The notes under the pieces: generated by a model | What the model was told of the DNA's origin: nothing | What the model saw: only the letters and a program-made list of their open reading frames with translations | The model's database searches: none | DNA from: a virus | IMG/VR virus record: IMGVR_UViG_3300042560_001826 | Span: 1-64,000 of that record | DNA length: 64,000 nt | Strand: one strand, 5' to 3' | Shown: piece after piece, positions 38,001 to 46,697 of the stretch | Layout of the letters: each line of letters starts with the position of its first letter | How positions within the stretch are numbered: the first letter of the stretch is position 1 | Program-made: the position numbers and the translations under genes

Positions 38001-38985
38001 TGATCAGCATGCCAATGTTCAATCAACAATTAGTGATTCAACATATCTTATTGATGGCAGTTATACGGTGCAATTGCAATGTAATAAGGTAGATGTTCCT
38101 CTTTCTGGTCTGCAAAAAGCAATAGATGCAAAACAGGCTTTGTGGAATATTGATAATGATACAACAATTACAGCAGTTACATTATCTTCTAATATGACAG
38201 CCAATTCCAATGTTGCATATTATTCTTCAAATTCTGATATCCCATTCCCTAATGCTGGGTATATAAAAATTGGTAGCGAAATAATTAAATATAATTCAAA
38301 GACTGGTAATTCATTTAACAATCTTGAAAGAGGTCAGTTTCAAACAGCCGCAGCATCCCATATTATTAATGATGGCAACGGTTCAAAGATTAGAGAAGTT
38401 AAATACTTCAATGTCTCCTTCCAGAAAGCACCGGCTTTTAATGTTCAGACTCCATTTATAACTGCAATTAGAATAGATGAGCCAGATCTTCTTGAAATCC
38501 ATAAATATATCCCATACGCCTATGGTGCAGAACTAATAATTGCTGCGGCAAATACAGCTCCAGTAGAAAAGATAATAATGCTTGCTGGTGAAGATCGTGA
38601 AACGCGGTATCCATACGCAACATCAATTGCTGGCATCCCTGTTGAGATTTCTGAACAGAATTCTGATATTAAATCACAAACAGCATCTGTTGCTGAAAGC
38701 ATTAAAAAGTATGGAATTAAAGATGTTACAATTCAAAGTAATTTTATTAATGACGCAATTCATGCGCAAAGAATTGCTGATTTTATTATTTCCAAAACGC
38801 AAATACCAGTGGCTATTTTAAATGTTACGACAGTAATAATGCCAAAAGTACAACTAGGCGATAGAATAAGGATATCTAATTTTACAGCTCTCGGAATTAC
38901 AAATACCGATTATTGGGTGATATCATATAGTAGAACAATCGGTAGTAATTTTACTCAGCAGATGACTCTTAGGCAGGTTTCATAA
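35053..38985 (+). CDS. Large tail tip/hub protein with PA14-like and LamG-like domains
   Basis: GGVRLYLDD.LII.KW...L.AG...IRLEFY (PA14-like); HIVATFDG...YYVNG...IGG...IDEF.IYN (LamG-like); C-terminal SIKKYG...QLGDRI. Confidence 0.8.
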   Translation: MITIDQYSKDLSSDFNTAIAAKAQKIKPKVVVTWLDSRHLDNLVVTTNSSHANTSYPETGFYFSASEAFNGIERQSFTWGVAGAKDRDGDVIKADGTWHTMPSLITTDLANTQVGGNLEFGWWSASQSNASVHGTYSGYGFVTDPYIEATFTSRKVNKIRIITSEYYGRIANYTIYVYDSSNNLVVSFSDLIPASTYYKDHILSAALSTQNIAKIRVTVHSTRNPSDNARIQEVIPLYEEDMSDYVISMSLNRTRDIHETSLPIGGSEMGTASVEFDNTTKKFNIFDNSSQYGKYLKKELKVDIYSGWRIKKPSDDYIDNIYLDTFLTANANSTTTSLSVNDTSIFPSGGAGNHFVVILDKDTQSEELILCSGVTLPSTLNVVQRGYAGTTAKSHTTQSSVKFEVYEYVKNGTYYIDEWNTTSSSMTVGASMQDWTKYLVEKTIKYGFLLQNAYVGDAVKNLLMRSNFPRADIEKLSKYSQGAIERGAIASYSFKEETIDRSGNNIIPSNGLRARFWGMPSNKKDISVKDILADALDRQLTKMDLALGETRFVSPSYVALSKSISSNSSNAIQLVDYSFTGANGTSYSDYYNGVIDGYYIPLASGNQNLVIYITGGGVRLYLDDALIINKWNTYESNTRLQSTTVNLTAGVPRKIRLEFYHPYNNGPTSNFRLALYKVVGAGVDTLVTANECTTIAAFDSIGTKNASSNLTVADAYNMRNNGIYINNPKLSQPTGLISETQDGAVLLESNAYIRIPMHDSINISNANSSLYTGKWTIEFYGKFNTGSFSSNGEYISTWANGTPTSGFEFFNNSSSNGFKIRTLSNSVVITETVSSNTALSSNSFNHIVATFDGTKLYYYVNGDLKSNTTIVGSQIAFASDITIGGRGASFTANVGEVAPSTIRTFTIDEFQIYNQTLTPTQIKDRYSESQIQPLTNFAFLYGNNSSLKQIIDDITFADIGRLYIDELGKAKYEHFYRFFETSIDQHANVQSTISDSTYLIDGSYTVQLQCNKVDVPLSGLQKAIDAKQALWNIDNDTTITAVTLSSNMTANSNVAYYSSNSDIPFPNAGYIKIGSEIIKYNSKTGNSFNNLERGQFQTAAASHIINDGNGSKIREVKYFNVSFQKAPAFNVQTPFITAIRIDEPDLLEIHKYIPYAYGAELIIAAANTAPVEKIIMLAGEDRETRYPYATSIAGIPVEISEQNSDIKSQTASVAESIKKYGIKDVTIQSNFINDAIHAQRIADFIISKTQIPVAILNVTTVIMPKVQLGDRIRISNFTALGITNTDYWVISYSRTIGSNFTQQMTLRQVS

Positions 38986-40469
38986 TGATGAACGAATCAT
39001 CAATATATTTCTTTCCCGGTGGTGGACATAATCATGATGGTAATAACTCGTCATTAATTAACACATCCGCATATTCAATATTTGATTTTGATTTTGGAAA
39101 TATTGGTGGTCCCAACAGGGTTTATCGTCAAGAATTAAATCAAAATGGTTTTAAACAATTTATTATTGCAACTGTTAACTCTTCAATTCTTGAACCATCA
39201 GGTCTCGTTCTACAACCTGGCGTTGTAAATGGCAATGCTCATATTATTGCAGGCAGTGTAACTGGAAATGAAATATCGGCAAATACGATCACCGCAAATA
39301 ATATTGTTGCTGGAACAATTACAGCAAATCTTCTTTCAGCAAATATTGTTCTAGTTGATAATGTTATTAGAAGTAATAATTTTGATGGCACAATTGCTTC
39401 AAATGGAATTATTACATCTTCGGGGAATACTGGGTGGGCAATAACATGGGCCGGCGATGCGGTATTTGATAGCTCTGTAATTAGAGGATCAATTGTCGCA
39501 GCCTCGGTATCAACCCCTGGTGTTGATATATTTTCAAATGGTACATTGTCAGCAAACGCATTTACATTATATGGCAATGGTGCAATTGTAACATCATCTG
39601 GTAATTTCTCTGTAGATGCTAGCGGTAATCTTTCCGCAAATAATGCTGATATAACTGGAGAAATTAATGCAAACACTGGTGAGATTGGAAATTGGTCAAT
39701 AGGAGCGACATCACTTTCTTCTGCAGATGGCACTATATTCCTTTATAGTGATGGAACAGGTTCATCAATAGTTGTTGGTACTGGAGTATCTGATCAAATT
39801 GTTCTTAGTTCAGACGGAGATTTGTACTCTGTTCGCAATAATGTGCAGACAACAATAAATGGTGTTGCTGATGCTTATTACAGTATTCGGGTCATTGATA
39901 GTTCAACTCCATACACTACAAAAATCTCTCCGCAGTTAATTTCTTCCGTCTATGGAGGCTCTTTTTCTTTTCTTGCATATAACGAAATTTATTCAACTGG
40001 TGAAATCGGAATGGGAACTGGGAATGTAAATGGTATCGGAATAGCATATCCTGGATGTACAACTGGTCCCGGAACTGCAAATTACATGGGGCTCGTATGG
40101 GACAACCCAGATATTCGCGGCACAGTTGATAATGTTGTTTCTGCTGTTCTTGGAACTGTATCCGATATAAGGTTTAAAACAGACATATCAGATATTGGAG
40201 ATGAATATATTGATAAAATACTTAATGATATTAATATTATTCAATACACTCCTATTGATAAATTAAATAATGATAGATTAGGAGATACCCGTAGAGCTGG
40301 TATTATTGCTCAAGAAATAATTGACATATTTCCAGACCTTATTGATGGAGATTATAATAATCCAGATGCGTATTTATCTGTCAATTATGCTGGCTTTGTT
40401 CCATATCTGATAAAAACAATTCAATATCTTAATGATAAAATTAAAAAACTTGAGGAGAGTCAGAAATGA
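38985..40469 (+). CDS. Tail fibre/spike with C-terminal intramolecular chaperone (peptidase S74-like)
   Basis: I.A.TITA repeats; SDIRFKTDI...GIIAQE...VNY...PYLIKTIQ.L. Confidence 0.82.
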   Translation: MMNESSIYFFPGGGHNHDGNNSSLINTSAYSIFDFDFGNIGGPNRVYRQELNQNGFKQFIIATVNSSILEPSGLVLQPGVVNGNAHIIAGSVTGNEISANTITANNIVAGTITANLLSANIVLVDNVIRSNNFDGTIASNGIITSSGNTGWAITWAGDAVFDSSVIRGSIVAASVSTPGVDIFSNGTLSANAFTLYGNGAIVTSSGNFSVDASGNLSANNADITGEINANTGEIGNWSIGATSLSSADGTIFLYSDGTGSSIVVGTGVSDQIVLSSDGDLYSVRNNVQTTINGVADAYYSIRVIDSSTPYTTKISPQLISSVYGGSFSFLAYNEIYSTGEIGMGTGNVNGIGIAYPGCTTGPGTANYMGLVWDNPDIRGTVDNVVSAVLGTVSDIRFKTDISDIGDEYIDKILNDINIIQYTPIDKLNNDRLGDTRRAGIIAQEIIDIFPDLIDGDYNNPDAYLSVNYAGFVPYLIKTIQYLNDKIKKLEESQK

Positions 40470-40654
40470 CAAAGAGTGATTTAGACAGTTATGTATTAAG
40501 TAATATGTCAAAATACACAACACTAAATGAGAGCAGGGCAAATCGTATATCTGGCATTATTTGGAGAGTTTATGAATTTGATTTAGTAGCAAAATCTGAC
40601 GCTGAGTGTCACATTTTGATTGATGAAATAATGAATAATATCTTTGATAATTGA
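40466..40654 (+). CDS. Hypothetical protein
   Basis: ATGA overlap, GGAG SD. Confidence 0.55.
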   Translation: MTKSDLDSYVLSNMSKYTTLNESRANRISGIIWRVYEFDLVAKSDAECHILIDEIMNNIFDN

Positions 40655-40674
40655 AAATGAGGTATAATAGATAA

Positions 40675-41352
40675 ATGGCATACGAAAACTATTCAATCGT
40701 CTCATGGACAGACGGAACTCCAATAACTGGTGAGCGACTTCAGCAAATGTCCACTAATATTCAGCAAGTCAAAGAGGCTACTGACGATCGACCGCAGGGT
40801 ATTAAAAAATACAAGTCTGTCACCTCTGGTAGTGGTAACTTTACAAACTTTGCTACAACAAATGAAATTATTGCTCTTAAAGATGAAACTGGAACCGGCG
40901 GTGCCGACAGAAGAGTTACGATTGAAGGGAATAGATATTATCGCGTTGTTTTAAATTTCACAGGGTTTGTTGTTGATGCAAAAGGGGCAGAGGATGCTTA
41001 TTATGTAGTCTCTCTACATCACGGCACCCATGGAGGGGTTAATACAATGATTTATTCTGCAGAATTTACACCTCCTATATTTGCGTACATCAATGTCGCA
41101 ACGGCTGGTGCAGGAGCAACGATTAGCAATATTGCTCTCAGAAGTGATTCATATGACAGCAGATTTGGTGCTGGAACTCATTCTGTTGTGATTGCAAGCG
41201 ACGGTGCTGGTTTTACAAATAGATCATTCTTTGCTGCCGTAAATAGATTCCAAGGATTAAGTTCAGCAAATGCTCCAGCATATAGTGTTCCGGCATCTTC
41301 TGGAACTAGAGAGTTGCAATTATATGTTGAGGATATTGGAGGCGTTGTCTGA
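40675..41352 (+). CDS. Minor tail/fibre protein
   Basis: W...TPIT..RL..M N-terminus, ends VEDIG; TATAAT 6 nt before ATG. Confidence 0.7.
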   Translation: MAYENYSIVSWTDGTPITGERLQQMSTNIQQVKEATDDRPQGIKKYKSVTSGSGNFTNFATTNEIIALKDETGTGGADRRVTIEGNRYYRVVLNFTGFVVDAKGAEDAYYVVSLHHGTHGGVNTMIYSAEFTPPIFAYINVATAGAGATISNIALRSDSYDSRFGAGTHSVVIASDGAGFTNRSFFAAVNRFQGLSSANAPAYSVPASSGTRELQLYVEDIGGVV

Positions 41353-41408
41353 GAAGATCAACATTAGCATCTCAGAGAGAAGATGTTAAATGGAATGATC
41401 GCGCTCCA

Positions 41409-41774
41409 ATGGGTGAAGGTAGTCCAAATTATCGTGGTGGAAAATATATTGATGATAAAGGCTATGTTCGGGTATTAAAACCAGATCACCCAAAAAATAT
41501 CCGGGGATACACTTATGAGCATCGGCTTGTAATGGAAAAATATCTTGGAAGATTTTTACAAGCTTGGGAGACTGTACATCACATCAATGAGGTCAAAATA
41601 GATAATCGACTGGATAATCTCTTTTTGTGCTCTCATAAAGAACACAGTGCAATACATCGTGAAGGAACTAAATTATCTGACGATCACCGCAATAAGTTGC
41701 GCCAGATGGCATATAATAATAAGCCTCATACTAGAAAAAGAAATTTTGCAAAAAATATTCCAAGAAAAAAGTGA
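41409..41774 (+). CDS. HNH homing endonuclease
   Basis: EHRLVME...GR.L...E.VHHIN..K.DNR..NL. Confidence 0.85.
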   Translation: MGEGSPNYRGGKYIDDKGYVRVLKPDHPKNIRGYTYEHRLVMEKYLGRFLQAWETVHHINEVKIDNRLDNLFLCSHKEHSAIHREGTKLSDDHRNKLRQMAYNNKPHTRKRNFAKNIPRKK

Positions 41775-41791
41775 AAGTCTGACCGATTTTG

Positions 41792-41816
41792 CGGAAGTCA
41801 TATGGTATGATTTCCG
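41792..41816 (+). promoter_or_regulatory. Extended -10 TGGTATGAT inside an inverted repeat, start of replication operon
   Basis: CGGAAGTCATA-tgg-TATGATTTCCG. Confidence 0.55.
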
Positions 41817-41835
41817 TAGGAGTTGATAAATCCTT

Positions 41836-43005
41836 ATGAAAATATGCGAAGCAGAAGGCTGCAATCAGCAGTTTGAACCAAAAGCCGCCAATCACAAATA
41901 CGCCGACAAAGACTGTCGGAAGTCAATTGATATTGGTGGTCTATGTAAATTTAGAAGAGAGAAAGGACTATTTGAAGTGCCAGTAAATCCAGTAACAGGT
42001 GAAGTCCCAAAGACTGATGCCGAACTAAAAGTTGCTTATTCCAAGCTATTAAGTGAATATAAAAAAGTAAAGGAGAAGAGCGACGATTTTGTAGATGCAA
42101 TATTCAGAGCAGTAAAGGAAGATATTAAATCTTCTAAGAGTGTTAAAATTCCAAAACCAAAAATTGCAAAGGGTAAAGGAACGCCTGAAGTTGCTGTTGC
42201 AATCCTTTCGGATTGGCAATTATCTAAAATTACACCAGATTACAATTCGCAAGTATGTGAAGAAAGAATCTACAAGTTTGCAGAAAAAGTTGTTCATCTG
42301 ACCAATATTCAGCGTAAAGATCATCCAGTCAATGAATTAAGAATATGGGCGCTTGGAGATATTATTGAGGGAGAGCTTATATTCCCTGGGCAATCCTTCC
42401 TTGTTGATGGCGGTCTATATCGCCAAATCACCGTTGATGGTCCTAGGATCATGAAGAATTTTATCAACATTATGTTGGAAAATTTTGAGAAAGTAACATT
42501 TGTCGGTGTTATTGGTAATCATGGTTCAATCGGTGGAAGAGCCAGAAGAGACCATGACCCAGAGACTAACGGTGATAGAATGCTATACCGCATTACGCAG
42601 TTGATGTTTGAAAAAGAACCAAGAGTGAAGTTTATCATTCCAGATGGAAGAGGTGAGCGTCACTGGTATGCCGTTGATAAGATTGGCAAATATAGGGCTT
42701 TGCTATGTCACGGCGATCAATTTGGAAGTCTTTCATCTTTCTATGCCTTCCAAAAGAAAGCTTATGGTTGGAAAATTGGTGCGGTTGATGAAGATTTTGA
42801 TGATATCTATATCGGTCATTTTCACACCCCAACCAAGATGACATTCAACACTGTTCAGTTAAGAATTTCTGGAAGTCCAGAGTCTGTTAATACCTATGCT
42901 GCAGAAACTCTTGCTGCTGTTGGAAGACCATCACAAACTTTAGTCTTTGTCCATCCAGAAAAAGGATTGGTAACAGCGGAGTATAACTGCTGGCTTGATC
43001 AATGA
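41836..43005 (+). CDS. Calcineurin-like metallophosphoesterase/nuclease
   Basis: SDWQ, GDIIEG, GNHG, HGD and GHFH motifs; N-terminal Cys motif. Confidence 0.85.
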   Translation: MKICEAEGCNQQFEPKAANHKYADKDCRKSIDIGGLCKFRREKGLFEVPVNPVTGEVPKTDAELKVAYSKLLSEYKKVKEKSDDFVDAIFRAVKEDIKSSKSVKIPKPKIAKGKGTPEVAVAILSDWQLSKITPDYNSQVCEERIYKFAEKVVHLTNIQRKDHPVNELRIWALGDIIEGELIFPGQSFLVDGGLYRQITVDGPRIMKNFINIMLENFEKVTFVGVIGNHGSIGGRARRDHDPETNGDRMLYRITQLMFEKEPRVKFIIPDGRGERHWYAVDKIGKYRALLCHGDQFGSLSSFYAFQKKAYGWKIGAVDEDFDDIYIGHFHTPTKMTFNTVQLRISGSPESVNTYAAETLAAVGRPSQTLVFVHPEKGLVTAEYNCWLDQ

Positions 43006-43241
43006 AAAAGATTAATATTCCGGAGTTAAAAGCGTATTATCTTCAACACGATATTCGTTGCTCGCATTGCAATAATAAAATGTTGGCAGGTGTTCAATAT
43101 TATGCCCTTAAAACAATGTGGGTTGAATTCTCATGCGTTGGTTGTGCAAGAGGTGGAGATATTGAATTAAAGAAACTTAACGGTATCCTTAGAGAGTTTA
43201 ACTTTCTACCTGTTAGGGAACGCTATGTTGTTTCAGAATAA
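43002..43241 (+). CDS. Zinc-ribbon protein
   Basis: CSHC...CVGC. Confidence 0.65.
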   Translation: MKKINIPELKAYYLQHDIRCSHCNNKMLAGVQYYALKTMWVEFSCVGCARGGDIELKKLNGILREFNFLPVRERYVVSE

Positions 43242-43662
43242 AGTTATCACCAATAAATTTTATATCTATGCCAATCATTTTGTTAAGGTAAAGAGAATCA
43301 ATAAAAGCACAGCAAAGATTACACTTGTCAATCTTCTTGACAACTCAATCATTGATATTCCATCAGAATCTTCAGATTTGTTGCTTAGAAGGATCTATAC
43401 CGTAGGAGAAGTTGCTAAGATAGTTGGCAGACAACCAAATACGCTTCGTAAATACGAGCGAAAAAATCTTATTACCTCACCAAAAAAATTTGGTGAAGCA
43501 TATAAGGGCTATAAAAACTGGAGATATTATCAGGAATCTGATGTCTATGATATTGTTGAGTTTTTTAACAATAGAGTGCAAGGCAGACCTGTTAATAAAT
43601 CGCGTGGCTTTGTAGCAACAACTATAAAAACATTAAACCAAAAAGTCAAACTACACAAATAG
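43225..43662 (+). CDS. MerR-type HTH DNA-binding protein
   Basis: YTVGEVAKIVGRQPNTLRKYE...WRYY. Confidence 0.8.
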   Translation: MLFQNKVITNKFYIYANHFVKVKRINKSTAKITLVNLLDNSIIDIPSESSDLLLRRIYTVGEVAKIVGRQPNTLRKYERKNLITSPKKFGEAYKGYKNWRYYQESDVYDIVEFFNNRVQGRPVNKSRGFVATTIKTLNQKVKLHK

Positions 43663-43670
43663 GAGACAAC

Positions 43671-43877
43671 ATGAAAGAAAATAACGGCACAGAAATCTGG
43701 GCATCAATTGGCATTACCAAGAATCTTGGTAACTATGAATCTCTCCGCCTTGATGCCGGTGCAAGAACATCAGCAAAATCTCTTGATGATGCAGAAGCTT
43801 GGTCAAAGCTCTGGGAGTCTATTGATTCTCAGATTGAAGCTAAACTGCAAGAACTTGATAATGAAAAACAGTCATAA
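43671..43877 (+). CDS. Hypothetical protein (TKNLGNYESLRLD family)
   Basis: AGGAG SD; compact ORF. Confidence 0.7.
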   Translation: MKENNGTEIWASIGITKNLGNYESLRLDAGARTSAKSLDDAEAWSKLWESIDSQIEAKLQELDNEKQS

Positions 43878-44166
43878 TCAAATATGGCAAAGATCTGCTG
43901 TTTGTCTCAGAGATAAAAATTCTTCGTATTGGTTATCATACAACATTGAGCATATAAAATATGCAAAAGAGGGTTGCAAGTCGTGTAGTGTAAAAACGGC
44001 ATGTCTTGCGAACGCTCTTAGTCAAGAGTTTTTTATTGGAGTAAACGCTGGCATCTCGGAATGGGATTATTTAAATAAAACATGGAAAGAGGTGAAAAGT
44101 GTCAGAAAAACCAACTGGTCAAGAAGTGATGCAACACTTCGTAAGCTGTTGCAAGAAGCGAAGTAA
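43861..44166 (+). CDS. whiB: WhiB-family Fe-S transcription regulator
   Basis: WQ..A.C...AK..C..C.V...CL..AL...GVNAG; probable start ATG 43861. Confidence 0.72.
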   Translation: MKNSHNQIWQRSAVCLRDKNSSYWLSYNIEHIKYAKEGCKSCSVKTACLANALSQEFFIGVNAGISEWDYLNKTWKEVKSVRKTNWSRSDATLRKLLQEAK

Positions 44167-44410
44167 GTTATTCGTTCCAGATAGTCCTCGTCAAGAGCAG
44201 GTGTGTGATGCACTTGCTGGCTTCTATAATAGAGAAATATTGTTTGATGCAATTGATGAGTTTACAAAGGTAAATCCGGGACCGTTTATTATCTTTGATT
44301 TTGCAGTTCAATCAAAAAAATATATTGACCATGTTACATTAGAAAAGAAATCTAGGAATAACTTCCTTAATATCGTACAAGAAACCAAAAAGAGAATGGA
44401 GCAGGAGTGA
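44099..44410 (+). CDS. Hypothetical protein upstream of helicase
   Basis: ORF coupled to dnaB; start uncertain. Confidence 0.6.
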   Translation: MSEKPTGQEVMQHFVSCCKKRSKLFVPDSPRQEQVCDALAGFYNREILFDAIDEFTKVNPGPFIIFDFAVQSKKYIDHVTLEKKSRNNFLNIVQETKKRMEQE

Positions 44411-45624
44411 ACTACGAAGTTAGGTTACTTAATGCAATTGTTGATAGCGGAAACTACATTGAGGCGATAAGTGAAGGCGCTGAAAATGTATTTCTAGAAT
44501 ACAGAGACATTTGGAGCTTTGTTGTAAAGCATCATGATGAGCATGGTAAAACCCCGTCAAAAGATACTATAAAGCACCACTTCCCAGAATTTGATTTTGT
44601 TTCAACTCCGGAGCCTTTAAAGTACTATCTTGATGAAGCAAAGCGTGAATCTCTTGCATATCAAACAAGAGTAATTGTTTCTAAGTCCAATAACATTTTA
44701 AATGAACTTGGTGCAAAAGATGCGCTGTCTTTCTTGATGGAGCAAACATCAAAGCTCTATAAGTTCTCTAGCAGTCTTAAAGATAGCGATTTGGCTGGTG
44801 AGTGGCAAGATCGTGTAAAAGACTTGCGTGAGCGTTCTGAACGCGATCAAAGTGATTTTATTGGCATCCCAAGTGGTATCAGTGTAATTGATAAAACATT
44901 TGGAGGTTGGCAACCGGGTGACTTTATCGTGTTGCTTGGATGGACAGGGGTTGGTAAATCATTTATTGCAAGATTATTTGCAGTGAATGCATGGAGGGCC
45001 GGATATAGACCTTTGATTATCTCTCTTGAGATGAATAAACAACAAGAAGGTCAACGACTTGATACATTGCTAACTAATGGAGATACCTCATTTAACAATA
45101 CCGACTTGGTTCGTGCAAATCCAGCAATTGTTGAAGCCTACGAAGAATGGGCTCAAAAAACATTTGAGGGCAAGCACCCAATTCATCTTGTTACATCAGA
45201 GGGGCTTGAGGCAGCAGATCAAATGATGGTGCAAGCCAAGATTGATCAATATCATCCTGATATTGTTATTCTTGACTATCATGGTTTGTTTGATGATGCA
45301 TCAGGTGCCAAGACGGAAACTGAGAAAGCAAAGAATCTTTCTAAGGCATTTAAACGATTGGCTGTAAAAAATGCAGTGCCAATCATTGATGTTGCTGCAG
45401 TAACAATGTCTGAAGGTCACTCAGAAAGACCGCCAGAGCTTGAAGAGGTCGCTTGGAGTAAACAGTTGGCTTATGATGCTGACTTGGTGTTGGCTATCCA
45501 TAGAGAGCCATCATCTGATTTATTTCAAGTGGTATCAAGAAAAGTAAGAAGAGCAACGCATTTTGCATTCTATCTTAGATGGAATCTAGAGACCGGTAAA
45601 TGGTCAGAGGAGTGGGATTTCTAA
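44407..45624 (+). CDS. dnaB: Replicative DnaB-like helicase
   Basis: GW.PGD...GWTGVGKS Walker A, SLEM, ILDY and YDAD motifs. Confidence 0.92.
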   Translation: MNYEVRLLNAIVDSGNYIEAISEGAENVFLEYRDIWSFVVKHHDEHGKTPSKDTIKHHFPEFDFVSTPEPLKYYLDEAKRESLAYQTRVIVSKSNNILNELGAKDALSFLMEQTSKLYKFSSSLKDSDLAGEWQDRVKDLRERSERDQSDFIGIPSGISVIDKTFGGWQPGDFIVLLGWTGVGKSFIARLFAVNAWRAGYRPLIISLEMNKQQEGQRLDTLLTNGDTSFNNTDLVRANPAIVEAYEEWAQKTFEGKHPIHLVTSEGLEAADQMMVQAKIDQYHPDIVILDYHGLFDDASGAKTETEKAKNLSKAFKRLAVKNAVPIIDVAAVTMSEGHSERPPELEEVAWSKQLAYDADLVLAIHREPSSDLFQVVSRKVRRATHFAFYLRWNLETGKWSEEWDF

Positions 45625-45809
45625 TGGATAATATCGTTACAGGAGTAGCAGTTGATATTGAAACAATAGCAAGGTTAAGACCTTGGCTAGAAGATGAAGC
45701 AAAAAGAAAAAACGGATTCAAAGGGCCGACAAAACTATTTACAGATTATGATAAAGACAAGAACCTATTCAAATTTAAAATCGTATTCGCAGATGAATCT
45801 AAGGGATGA
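45624..45809 (+). CDS. Hypothetical protein
   Basis: TAATG coupling to dnaB (MDNIVTG...). Confidence 0.5.
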   Translation: MDNIVTGVAVDIETIARLRPWLEDEAKRKNGFKGPTKLFTDYDKDKNLFKFKIVFADESKG

Positions 45810-46689
45810 TATTGAGAGCTTTCTTGAGGAATATCATTTAGATATTCATTCCTCAAGCGGTTCTGAATATGTGATCTTTTGTCCATTCCATAAGAATGTA
45901 AATACGCCATCATTCTATATCAATTCAGGCACAGGATTGTGGCAATGCTTTAATCCATCGTGTGGTAAAAAAGGCAACTTTAGACAGCTGTATCGCCATG
46001 TTACAGGTCGCTCTTTTGAATCTAAAGTCAAGCTTGATCCAGTAGAATTACAGAGTGTTATTGATGCCGGATTTATTGTTCAAAAGGAAAAAGATATTGA
46101 TATCTCTGCAATAGGGGTTGACTATAATAGTTTAGATGGCATTAAGAAAGTTCAACAGTTTATTGATAGAGGACTTAGCCCTAAGACCCTTCAGTATTTT
46201 GAGATTGGCTTTTCTGAAATCAAAAATAGAATTGTAATTCCTGTAAGAAATCATCAGTATAAGATTGTTGGCCTTATTGGTCGGGCTATATCTAAAGAGC
46301 AGGAGCCTCGCTATCTCTATAACAAAGGTTTTAAAAGAGCAGATGTATTGTTTAATATTCAAAATGCAAAACATTACACAGATGTAATTGTTGTTGAAGG
46401 CAGTGTTGATGCAATGAAGGTTTATGAGGCTGGATTCCCAAATGTTGTTGCTACACTTGGTGCTCAAGTTTCAAACTATCAAGGCTCTCTGCTACGAAAA
46501 TATTTTGACAGCATCACTATTTTTTCTGACGCAGATGACGCTGGCAACGCTATGCGAGATGCTATAATGGGTTTGTGCAGGGGGAAAAAAATCTACTCTG
46601 CACAAATATCAGCAGGATGTAAAGATCCTGGTGATATGAATATAACAGAAATAACAAACAGTATAAACAGCAAAAATAACATCATATAG
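45793..46689 (+). CDS. dnaG: DNA primase (CHC2 zinc finger + TOPRIM)
   Basis: CPFH...CFNPSC; VEGSVD; D.DDAG; KDPGD; probable start ATG 45793. Confidence 0.9.
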   Translation: MNLRDDIESFLEEYHLDIHSSSGSEYVIFCPFHKNVNTPSFYINSGTGLWQCFNPSCGKKGNFRQLYRHVTGRSFESKVKLDPVELQSVIDAGFIVQKEKDIDISAIGVDYNSLDGIKKVQQFIDRGLSPKTLQYFEIGFSEIKNRIVIPVRNHQYKIVGLIGRAISKEQEPRYLYNKGFKRADVLFNIQNAKHYTDVIVVEGSVDAMKVYEAGFPNVVATLGAQVSNYQGSLLRKYFDSITIFSDADDAGNAMRDAIMGLCRGKKIYSAQISAGCKDPGDMNITEITNSINSKNNII

Positions 46690-46697
46690 GAGAAAAC

